Positions 52,901 to 64,000 of a stretch of DNA of 64,000 nucleotides are shown here, one piece after another. Position 1 is the first letter of the stretch, and each line of letters starts with the position of its first letter. The notes under the pieces were generated by a model, which worked only from the letters and a program-made list of their open reading frames with translations, searched no databases and was not told the origin of the DNA. Source of the DNA: Chiloscyllium plagiosum (Eukaryota); NCBI RefSeq assembly GCF_004010195.1, contig NC_057719.1:50200302-50264301 (forward strand), given 5' to 3'. The position numbers and the translations under genes were made by a program.

Positions 52901-53475
52901 TCTACAGAGAGTGCGTTTCTAAATTCATATCGAACTGCAAAGAAAAAGTGGTGGTAAACGAGGGATTTCTACTCGTAGGGAGGGTGTTGGAGGGGGAGGG
53001 TGCATTTGGCTGTCGATCTATGAGCGGAGAAGGCGACTGATTTGCCGGGACACCTCCATAATTGTACTACAGAATCTGAGCTTGTTGAACTGACATGGTG
53101 CAGAAAGCGAGAGCAATGGCGACGTGACACAGGATGGAGGAGCAAGCGGGAAGGGGCAGTTAAATTGTCCTAAACAATCCACATTGCATTTCAAATGTAT
53201 CTTCTTTGATCTCGCAATAATTTATTTATTATATTGTTTAAACATTTCATAGATGTGAACTTCGTAGCTTCTCCTGTGCAGAGTAAGTAGAGTAGAACGA
53301 AGGGAAAACATGTTATTTACGTCTGAGTACATTGAGAGCTTGTTTCTTGGTGTGTTACATGGTCCTTGTAGATTGCAGTTTAATTTCAACGAGCCTACTT
53401 TCATTACATCTTTTGCTTAACTGCAGTGATTACAACTTCGAGCTGGAAGCATTCACGTAAATAGGACACTCGAAA

Positions 53476-53481
53476 ATGAAG
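53476..53481 (+). CDS. ARID4A: Start-codon exon of ARID4A (exon 53427-53481, coding part Met-Lys only); remainder of gene apparently beyond window
   Basis: cttttgcttaactgcag| 55-nt exon ending aaaATGAAG|gtaagt; ARID4A/B begin MK with an intron after codon 2, and ARID4A lies downstream of PSMA3 in other vertebrates. The next exon (A.DEP.YLTVGTDVSAK) was not found here, so the identity rests on synteny and exon structure. Confidence 0.65.
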
Positions 53482-53538
53482 GTAAGTTGTCCGTATTGAC
53501 TCCATTACTTCTGAACAATGTTTCTGCCCCCTTCACTT

Positions 53539-53640
53539 CAGCTCTGATGAAGAGTCATCTAGACTCGAAATGTTAGCTTGCTCTCTCCCCATGGATGCTG
53601 CCTGACCCACTGTGATCTCCAGCATTTGATTTTTCAGTTT
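53539..53640 (+). mobile_element. Penelope-derived fragment with well-preserved hammerhead core
   Basis: agct-CTGATGA-a-GAGTC-atcta-GACTC-GAAA-tGTT-agct (53540-53578) then ggatgctgcctgaccc...gatctccagcat. Confidence 0.8.
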
Positions 53641-54274
53641 CTGTTTTGATAAGTTAGGTTATCCACTTTTGTCCACAATTGTAATGCTTGACCATCTCAG
53701 ACCAATTATTCTTTTTAATTGGTTAGTTGAGTAGGCCTAGTAGTAAAAATGCATGCAATTCTGTTTAGAGCACTATTGTAATTAATATATAAAATCAAAT
53801 GATTTGCTTGACCAATAACTGATCTTTTGAAGTATGGGCTAATGGATGAAACTTATGAAAATATTTCAGTAGTAAAATAACGATCTACTCAAATTACGTG
53901 TAGAGTGAAAGCAGTTAATCCAAGGAATAACACAAGTGATTTTACGATGAAACCCCTGAAACTTTGTTTGAGATTGGTACATTTCTGCAGAACTGCTTGT
54001 GCTGAACTTTACCTCTATTCCCCTCAAATCTGTCAATTACAAATATATAAATGAAACAGCCCGATGTTTGGCGGGTGTTGTTACAATTGGTGACTGCAAA
54101 AATACATTCTAATTTTTTTCAATGATCATTTGCCTTTTGGACTGCATTTTTAAAAATAGTTTCCAGGTGTAGTGACATTCACAAACTGATCTGTTTTGCT
54201 TTGTTTATTTCGGTGTAATATTGCAGGTATAATAGCACTCAGCAAACTTTGATCCCTTTCAGTTTATTACAAAA

Positions 54275-56070
54275 AGTCATAGAGTTATACATCACAGAGA
54301 CAGACCCTTGGTCTAACTTGCCAGCCACATATCCTAAACTGATCTAGTCCCATTGGCTATCGTTTGGCCCATATCCCCCTCAAGCCTTCCTATTCACACA
54401 TCCGTGAGATGCTTTTTAAATGTTGTAATTGTACCTGCCTTCACCACCTCCTCTGGCAGCTTGCTCCATACATACATCGCTATCTGTGTGAAAACGTTGC
54501 CGCTCAGGTCCCTTATAAATCCTTCTTCTGGATTAGTGGTGCTGGAAAAGCACAGCAGTTCAGGCAGCATCCGAGGAGCAGTAAAATCGATGTTTCGGGC
54601 AAAAGCCCTTCATTTCGGGTGCTGCCTGAACTGTGCTTTTCCAGCATCACTAATCCAGAATCTGGTTTCCAACATGTGCAGTCATTGTTTTTACCTTATC
54701 CTTCCCCTCACCTTAAAACTGCGCACTCTAGTTTTCACCTACCCTGGGAAAAAGACCTTAGATCGTCAGTCCTCATGATTTTATAGACCTTCATAAGGTC
54801 ACACCCGAGCCTCTATGCTCTGGATTTGGGGACGGAATCCCCAGCTTATTCAGCCTTTGCCCATGACTCAAACCCCCATCCCAGAATATCCTTGTAAACC
54901 CTTTCTTATGTTTAACAACATCTTTTCTATAGCAGGAAGACCAGAATTGAAAGCGATAGTCTAAAAGTGGCCTTGCCAAAGTCCTGTACAGCAGCAACAT
55001 GACCTCCCAACTCCTGTACTCAATACGCTGACCAATGAAGATGTGTGTCAGGCACTGCCTTCACTACCCTGTGTACCTGTGACTCCACTTTCAAGGGTCT
55101 ATGCACCTGCATGCTTAGGTCTCTTTGTTCAGCAACTGTCCCCAGGGCCCTTCCATTAAGTGTATAAGTCTGGTCCTGGTTTGCCTCACCGAAATGCAAC
55201 ATCTCACATTTGTTTAAATTAAACTTGGCATCTGCCAGTTCTCAGTCCATTGGCCCATCTGATTAAGATCTTGTACCCTGAGATAACCTTCTTCATTGTT
55301 TACTACGTCACCAAATTTTGTCATCTTCAAACTTACTAACCATTCCTCCTAAATTCACACGCAAATCATTTATATAAATGATGAAAAGGAGTGGAACCAC
55401 AATGACCCTTGGAGCACACTGCTGGTCACAGGGCTCCAGTCTGAAAAACAAACCTTTATCACCACCCTCTGTCTCTTGCCTTCAAGCCAATTTTGTGTCC
55501 AGTTGGCTAGCTCCTTCTGGATTTCATGTTGTCTAACCTTGCTAATCAGTGTACCATGCTGAAATCTGTATAAACAACATTGACCTTCATCAATCTTCTA
55601 TTGTCATTTCTTCAAAAACTCAATCAAGTTAGTGAGACACAATTTCCCACAAAGCCATGTTGACTGTCCCTAATCAGTCCTTGCCTTTCCAAATGCATGC
55701 AAGTCCTGTGCTTCAGCATCCCTTCCAACAACTTACCCACCACAGACATAGGCTCACCTGTCTACAGTTCTCTAGGTTTTCTTTAACACCTTTCTGACAT
55801 ATTGGCACCATATTAGCCAGCCTTCCAGCGCCTCACCCTTGGATGTTAATGATTATAGATATCTCAGCAAATGGCCCTACAATTGTTTCCCAAGCTTCCC
55901 ACAAAGGTTTGGGATATGCCTGATCAGGTCCTGGGAATTTATCTTTGAGTTATAAGATCTCCAGAATCTCCTCTTCTGCAATATGCACACTTTTCAAGAT
56001 ATTACTATTGATTTCTCCAAGTTCCCTATCTTCCATGCCCTTCTCCATAGTAAATGCTGACACTTGTAAG
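54275..56070 (-). mobile_element. CR1-type LINE 3' half with a nested fold-back hammerhead element (~54526-54697)
   Basis: ORFs 54791-55000 and 55020-55202 (LYRTLARPLLDY, LHFGEANQ); insert ttctggattagtggtgctggaaaag...cttttccagcatcactaatccagaa inverted arms. Confidence 0.88.
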
Positions 56071-58980
56071 TCATAAAATAAATGCCAAATATGTTCGAAC
56101 AAATGTCGATATACTGGTACATTGATCTTTTTTAGTGTATAATAACTTTGCAGCTTAGGCACTTCTTCTGAAAAATATCTGGGTTTTTATATGGGCGTGC
56201 TTGATTAATGTTTTACATTGCTGAAAAACTTGAATTTATATAGCTACAACCTCAGGATGTTTGTTGGCAGTTCATGAAAAGATTTGAAATGTAGTCATCG
56301 TTATCATGAAAGCAAACATGACAGTCACTTAGCTGAACAGCAAGTTTCCTGCATAGAGCATTGAGATAACTAAGCAGATAATATGTTTTGCTGGTGTAGA
56401 AATTAGTCCAAGCATTTGGGGGTTGGTTCTGCTTTTCTTTTCAATTCTCCATGAGAATAGATAGTGCCTCAGTTTAACATTTTTCCCAGAAGTGCAGCAC
56501 ACTATCAATAGAACATTTAAAAGAGGAAAATATTTGTTGTATTGAACAACAAGTGAAAAGTTAAATGAGTAAAATGTGATAAGTTAGACAAGTAATATTT
56601 CAAATAACAAGTCTAAGCTACAGTATTTAATGGGTAAGTATTTACTTTTAACTGTAGATATTTCAGCAACCACTGGAGCAAGTAGACGCTGTTGTAACTA
56701 CCAAGACTTCAAGATGGCATTGCTACCAAATTTCACAGGTGATTTCTCTCTCACCTATCTCAAGTCCCTTTGAAAATTTTGCTGGAATTTCTTGTGTCAG
56801 GTCATCTTATTTGAGTGTTATTCAATAATACAGTATATTCATTTGAAACCCTGTGATATTTACTTTATTCCAGCTGGTGTGTAACTGTATACTTTTTATG
56901 GTAAAAGGAATCACTATTATCAGGAGTAGATTATGAATTCACAAGAGTCAACTGTTCTTTGAAACTTAGAGATTTTATTTTGCTTTGAGGAAGTGTCAAG
57001 TATTAATGACAGTTGTTCACTTAACTCTTTGATAATCAGCATATCTTTTTACATAGATGCTAACTTTTGTCTTGATGTAAATGGTTTCATTTCGAGTGCA
57101 GTTAATATTAAAGTTTGTGTCTGGAAATGCTTGGATCAAAGTTGTTCCTATTAAGGTTATATACTTGTTTTGGAGTAATTTACAGCTGTCGTTTTAAAAT
57201 ATAACTTTGGTCAGTACTCACAGGAAGAATGCACAGAAATCAACATGCCGTATGTATGCACAAAGCTGTTGTATGAGCACCACCGTCTCATTTCAGAGAT
57301 TCAAACTTCGTAAGCAAGTTTTTCTCATTAGCCATTTGATCTCCCTTGATAATGACTCAAATGACAACTCTTAGTGTTTAGTTTCAAAAAGGTGATGGCA
57401 TGTTTGTTAGTGGAGATAATAATATAGTAAATATATTAATGGAATAGTTATCTAGTGGCCTGGTATCAGACATGGTGACATGAAACTGCAGGATTAGCTT
57501 TAAAAACATTCTGTGAGCTTGCGCTTATTTTAATCATTGTGGCCAATATGTAGACTCCAGAATCTCAGCAACAAAATGTAACAAATAAATTCCTTCTGGA
57601 ATGGCCTATCATTCCACTCAATCGTGAAGAAGATGGTTCTTCACCCTGAGTTCAATTAAGGATGGCCAATACGTGTTGGCAAGGCCAACATTCTGAAAAT
57701 TAGTAAATAAGGTAAATTTATGTTCTTGCACAAGGTTCTACAAATATAGTGAGGCGTTTACAGTTTAATTGAACTCTTTTGGAATATATGATGTAACAGT
57801 GCATATTCCTGAAACAATCAGATGTTCGATTAGCCCTTGGAACAGTACTGAACAGTAACTGTTAGTGACTGAAAATTGTTTGAACACCAACAAATTCACC
57901 ATGTTAAAATTATGAGGAAAGTTTGAAAGAAAACTTAAAATGAATAATAATACAAACTTTAAAACCATAAATACAATATTGAAAATATCCTGGAATTGAG
58001 GATAGGTGGATTTTTTATTAAGTGCATGCAAATACTGTAGGAATTGCAAACATTAATAAATCTAATTATTAGTTGAAGTATCAATCTCCTGTATAACAAA
58101 ATACAGTTTCATGAATTAGTCAGAAAATAAATGGCTATCGAATAACAGTAGAAGTAAACTTTTTTTATTTTAATAATTGTTATTACTGTGCTTGTTTGAG
58201 CTGAAAGCATGCAGCCTTTAAGTTTTATTTGAGTTTTCATTTTCTTTAAAATTGAAATGTATTTTGGGTGCAAATATGATTTTCACACTGCCTGTGGACA
58301 ACTAAATTTACATTAAAACTATTCTGGTGTAAGTTTTGCTGCTGTTTAGTCAAACTAGATTGATTGTTTTTAATGACAGATAAAAGATTTTTTTTCATTT
58401 CATAATTAGAAAAGTGACAGTTATGTTAGATTAAAACCAACTCATTTTGACCAAAGACGATTGCATTATTGTGATCAACTTTTGATTCCTTTGGCTTTTT
58501 GAAACTGGCATTGAAAGGTGGCTTCTGAAGTCTGCTTTTGTTAATTTCTTCTTCTGGCTGGCTTTTATTTAGGTTTCTTTGTAAACTTCGCATCAAATAA
58601 GACAGCTAGTAATTTGTTTCCAAGCCTCCACAAGTGCAGATTTGAACTAGATACAAGGGCATGTCAAAAGGTATGATGGGAGTTCACTCATCAACATTTT
58701 TATCTTTCCAAAAGGTTTTGTCTCTGGTCAGCAATTTTCCTGGAAATAGAAAATTTGCAGAGATAAGTGAGTGTTCTGTATTTCCATGTCACTGTCATTC
58801 ATTGAGCTAGGAAACTAAGCAGCCTTTGTTTTTTTTAGAAGAAGTGAAACGACGTTATTACTGAAGGTGAAATCCTTTCTGGCATGGTTACATGGACTAG
58901 TGTGGGGACATATGAATTAGGAGCAGAAGTCAACCATTCAACTATTAATGCCTGCTCCACCGTTCAAAAAGTTGTTAATA

Positions 58981-59303
58981 TTAGATTAGATTAGATTAGA
59001 TTACATTACAGTGTGGAAACAGGCCCTTCGGCCCAACAAGTCCACACCGACCCGCCGAAGCGAAACCCACCCATACCCCTACATTTACCCCTTACCTAGC
59101 ACTACGGGCAATTTAGTATGGCCAATTCACCTGACCCTGCACTTCTTTGTGATGTGGGAGTAAACCGGAGCACCCGGAGGAAACCCACGCAGACACGGGA
59201 GAACGTGCAAACTCCACACAGTCAGTCGCCTGAGGCGGGAATTGAACCTGGGTCTCTGGCGCTGTGAGGCAGCAGTGCTAACCACTGTGCCACCGTGCCG
59301 CCC
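58981..59303 (-). mobile_element. Young full-length HE1-like V-SINE nested in a - strand CR1 (58910-60260)
   Basis: Intact A/B boxes, V-domain, (aatct)n tail; host ORFs 59516-59725 and 59951-60139 (AKFTDDTKI). Confidence 0.93.
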
Positions 59304-62300
59304 ACCAATATGTTTGCATTCTGAATTCCACATTACTGTTTACTCTGATAACTTCTGATTTCCTTGCCTAGCAAAATTATGTCTAACATAACCGTAAACA
59401 TATTTGATTACTACTTCCACTTCCTTCTGAGACAGAGTGTTTCAAAGGTGCATCATAAATGTCTTTTCAGCTTCCACTTTGTCGAGACAATTCAGGAAAT
59501 TAAAATTCAATCTAATCACCCCTTATTCTTCTGAATTCTGGCAAAAAAATGCCCAGCCTGTCCAGTCTTTCCTGGTAAGACAACACTCTCCTTTTCAGAT
59601 ATCAATCCAGTAAATTTCCTCTGAATGACCTTCAATTTCATTATATCCTTCTTTAAATTAGGAGACCAAGATTGTTTCCAGTATTCGAGATGTGCTGTTA
59701 CCAATGCCATATATAATTGAAGCATGACACATTCCTTTTATGTTCAATTCCTCTTGTAATAAAGATAGTATCCCAATAGACTTTCTGATTATGTGATGTA
59801 ACAGTGTAGTAACATTTTGTGACTTGTGCACCTTGGAATTCTGCAGTCATTCTCCACTATAACTCTACTCTGCTTTTTTAATTCTTCCTGCCAAAGTGAA
59901 CAACTTCACATGTTCCCACAGAACACTCCATTTGCTAGATTTTTGATCATTCACTTAACAAGGATGCAGATAGCAAGATTGATATGTTGTGAAAATGACA
60001 TAACCTTCCTATTTATCTTTGTGTCATCTGTAAATTTAGCCACCCCTCTTATGCCTTCGTCTAAGTCATTGCTATAAATTGTAAAAAGTTCAGGACTCGG
60101 CATAGCCCCTGCAGGATCCCACATATCACATTCTGCCAATCATACAAAAGACCCAAACGTTGTTTTTCTGCCAATCTTCTACACGTGCCAGTATGGCACC
60201 TCAATAGCTTGAGCTCCCACTTTGTATGAAATGACGTTGTATGGAATCTTGTCAAATGCCACCTTATTGCTCTGAGATTTACATTGAACCTGTTTGACGA
60301 AATACTTTGTTCACAGAGTGAGGGAAAATGGTATATGAATTTACAACCTAGGAACGGGCTATAACTTTATTTTACAATGCTCGATTATGTATAATGTCAA
60401 AATTATAATTGACTGAATAAAAATGATAATACAGCAATTTTAACTGCAGAGTCAAATCAAAATTTTCTTCACTTCAAACAAATGTACAGAAAAGGGTCAA
60501 CTAAGTATGCTGTTATACATGCGGGTTTAATGATGCTCAAACATGTAAAATGCAAATAACCTTGTTAACAAATATACATACGGTAAATCAGAACAGCCTA
60601 CATTTTTGGAAAGTGACCACTAGGACAAGTTATTGTCACTAGGGTTTGTACCCTTGGATAAGCCATGCTCTCCATGGGGCAACAGATTTGCTATTCTGTT
60701 GAGTTTTGTAGCGTTGTCATTTTTCCTGAGGGCCAAATTAACGAAAAATTATTTGTAATGAGCAGTTAAGATCATAAGCTTTATAACCCTGACACCATGC
60801 AACTACATTTCATTATATGATGAATGTCGTCTGTTGTTGGCTTACCATATCTTGAAATGCACATTTTAACTCCCGATGATGCTGGTTAAGTTTATATATT
60901 ACAGAATTGAAAGTTTAATATTTTTAATCAAACTTGAAAAAGTTTGTTTTGAAAATCTTGCCAAAATATATCTAAACTTTTGGTCACTGTTTTGTATTTG
61001 GATGCTTAAAGTGGCGCAGTGGTCGTGTCTCTACCCCTCGACTGAGAGATTCAAGTTTAAGTCTCGCCTCCTCTGTAAGTGTGTAAATACATCTCTGAAC
61101 AAATTGATTAGAAAAATTGGTCAAGATTAGAAAAGTAGCTAAAATAGTTGAGGATTTTTCAGGTACAGCACACTTTTTCATTTCAGTGCAGATAATAAAA
61201 TTGTACTACAATTATTTTCAAGTTGTAACTTTCAGGTTATAGTCTGAAATAATTATTTAAATGTTTGTTCAGCTCACAAATTGACAGCTTAAGTTCAGTT
61301 TTGATGTCCTGCTGTTACAGTTAAAGTCACCAACTACAGGCAAATATGGTTCATTGCGTAAATAAAACGAAAGGGAAAAAACAGTTTGCTGGAGGTAACA
61401 GGTTGAACTATGTGTAATTGGGATATATTAATAAATGTCTGGCAAAATTGAACCATTAATTTGCCTTTCTGGCATTAAAGTATTTGATGACAGTTGCAAA
61501 TTCAAATCCGATCTGAGCTTGAGTTTGGAACTCCTGTTGTAAGCTCTAAATTTTATTTTATTGTAATACAAGTACACTTTCAAGACTTGCATCCCTCTTC
61601 ACATTTTTTCTTCCCCACCAAAAGTCTCCTTAAACCTCTTCCATGTGCATTTCCAACTATAACAACAAATCTAAATTACATTTAACACAATGAAGTGTTC
61701 CAAAGCACTTCCAAGAGACATTAGGAAACCAAGTTTGATGCTGAGCCACAAAAAGAAATGGTAGGGCACATGAACTGAAACGTGATCAAGCAGCTAAGTT
61801 TGTTATTTAAAAGGAGGATCTTAAAGTAGCAAAGAGAGTCAGAGATATTTACAGAATAATTCTAAGCTTGGGCCCAGGCCCAGGCAACTCGAAATGACCA
61901 CCATTGGAGGGATTAAAGTCAGGGATGCTGAAGAGTGGGTTTTATAGGAATGCAAATATCTTGGGAGAGGCTATATAGGGCTGAATGGGATTAGAAGGAC
62001 AGGGCAATGGCAAGGCCAAGTCACTGAACAATTGAAACCAGGAGTGAGAATTTGAAAATTGAAATGCTTTTTTGTAGTCAGTGTGAGTCAACAATTACAA
62101 GGCTGATCACTAAAATGGCATTTGATGTGAGTTGGATGAGGCAGCAGAGTTACTTTGAGTATATAGAAGGTAGGTTGTGCAAGGCTGGCCAGGAGGGATT
62201 ATTAAAAGGCTGAGTAGTAGTGAGAAAGGACAGAATGATGCAACATTCTGGCACTGTGAACACTTGACATATTGTGCCCCATCTTAGTGATGGTGTGGGT

Positions 62301-62449
62301 ATGTGGTTGAAAGTTCATCTAGGTCAAATAAAGCATAGATTGGGAACTTATGTGTTTTATGCTTAGAAAGTTATGAGCGAGAATCTGTGGTGTGAAAGTT
62401 GAGTTTGTGGTGTGCATCTGTCAGTTCTTTCCCAAAGTTTAGCTTCATA

Positions 62450-63190
62450 AGCGAGATTATCTACTTTGCTATCTATTTTTCAGATGTGTCCATTACCACC
62501 TTGGGTTTCCCTGTGTGGAATCCCCCTTCCCGTCCCCATTCCCAATCATCTGTACGGCCAACCACCCTTTCTGTTGATCAAATTTCCACTGAACATTTGA
62601 CTCTCGGCTTCTGTTCCTGATCTTCACTGCTGCTCTGACCTCTCCATCTTGCCTGCAATTCTATTTGAATCTCTTCAATTGGAACTTCATCTCTGCCACA
62701 GCACTGGAGCAGTGCCAATCCAAATCACGAATGGCAAGCTGTCTGAAGTGATGAATTATCATAATTTGGACTATTTTGACTCATTCAACTATGCCATCCT
62801 CCCCAACATTTTTCTCGTAGAGTGCAACTCAAATGAGAATGTCCTCACTTAGTTCTACTCTTGTTATTCTGATAGCAGCTAGACAATCTCCAGCCTTTGC
62901 TTTCTCTTCCTTTGCCCTCACTATTGTCTACAGGTTTCCAAGTGTCCTTATCTGGCTGCTTCATTTAAGTACTGGTTTTGTGAAAGGTCTTCTGTAGATG
63001 CTGCCAGTTTCCACATGGGAGCTGTGGTATCCAGTTGGAGCTCTCTACCATTTCTCTAACCCCCTCTACTTCACCTGTTATCCGATAGGATGTCTGAAGT
63101 AAGCCACCATTTCTTCAAGTTGAAAATTGTTAGTCCTGAATGTATCATCCGTGGTTTCTTCCTTAAGCGTTCTACATTTAGCACCTATAC
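62450..63190 (+). mobile_element. Old L2-like LINE RT remnant
   Basis: tttgactcattcaactatgccatcctc = FDSFNYAIL (AFD.V.H.IL-like), followed by a decayed L.WF.SYLS.R-like segment. Confidence 0.5.
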
Positions 63191-64000
63191 CTCTTTACAA
63201 GAGCACGGTGAGAACACAAATAAGAGCAGAAGTAGGCTGTTGGCTCTTTGAGCCTTCTCAAAGCAGTTAATTGCAATCATGGCAGATCTGACTTCAATTT
63301 CATTTCACCGGCCCTTCACTGGATCTCTTAACAGACTCTAAGTGAATTATCAGCTTCAGCATTGAAAATGTCCAGTGACTGAGTTTTCGAAAGTGCACAA
63401 CCCACTTGGTTGCAGAACTCACTCATCTTGCTCTAAATCAACAATCCTGCATCCTGAGGCAATCTCACCTATTCTGGGCCTTTTGCCTGTGGGAATCAGT
63501 CTTTCAACTTGTAGCTAATTAAGTCCTCTCAGAATCTTGCACGTTTCAATGAAATTGCCCCTCATTGTTCTGAACTCCAGAAAGTATAAAGTTAATTCTA
63601 CTTGATTGTGCTGAAATCAACATTTTGCACTCTCACTCCTTTGGTTATCATGTGCTGTCAGGCATAAAGGATGCCTTTTCTTTCCCTCTTGGAGTTTGTC
63701 CATCTGGAATTGAAGCTGGCCACACCTACCTTCTTGGATGCCCGTCTGTCCTCCATGTTTTGAACTGACTTTTTGTTGAGCTTATTCAAACCTTCAAAAA
63801 ACATGGTTCCCCAGCTGAGGTATAGAATTCTCAAGTTCTGAAGAATCATATTATACTCAAAACATTAAAATTATTTCTCTCTCCACGGGTGTCACCAAAC
63901 CTGCTGAGGTGCTCTAGCACTCTGTGGTTTTTATATCAAAGAATGGCAGGTAGTGACTAATATCCCCAGGTCAATGTAGTCTCCTGGAATACTTTTAGGA

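Overview
Vertebrate genomic DNA, most likely from a cartilaginous fish. This is inferred from the repeat complement: HE1/V-SINE, CR1/HER1-type LINEs, Deu-domain SINE remnants and Penelope-derived repeats. The window holds the last eight coding exons of PSMA3 (proteasome alpha-3; + strand, 37-13005), then about 39 kb of repeat-dominated DNA. A CpG-rich promoter at ~52.0-52.9 kb is followed by an 'ATG AAG|gtaagt' exon that matches the start of ARID4A, the usual neighbour of PSMA3. Three things stand out. (1) A decayed LTR retroelement on the - strand (~24.3-31.6 kb) has LTR, tRNA-Asn PBS, gag, PR, RT (YVDD-type), two RNase H-like domains, integrase and a possible env stub, a retrovirus-like (foamy/lokiretrovirus-like) layout. 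(2) More than a dozen short Penelope-derived inserts carry minimal hammerhead-ribozyme cores, many with target-site duplications and fold-back structure; two identical young copies sit in inverted orientation inside the retroviral LTR. (3) There is a likely divergent antisense transcript from the ARID4A promoter. Nearly all ORFs in the supplied track are spurious or TE fragments. All calls were made by eye; repeat boundaries are approximate.
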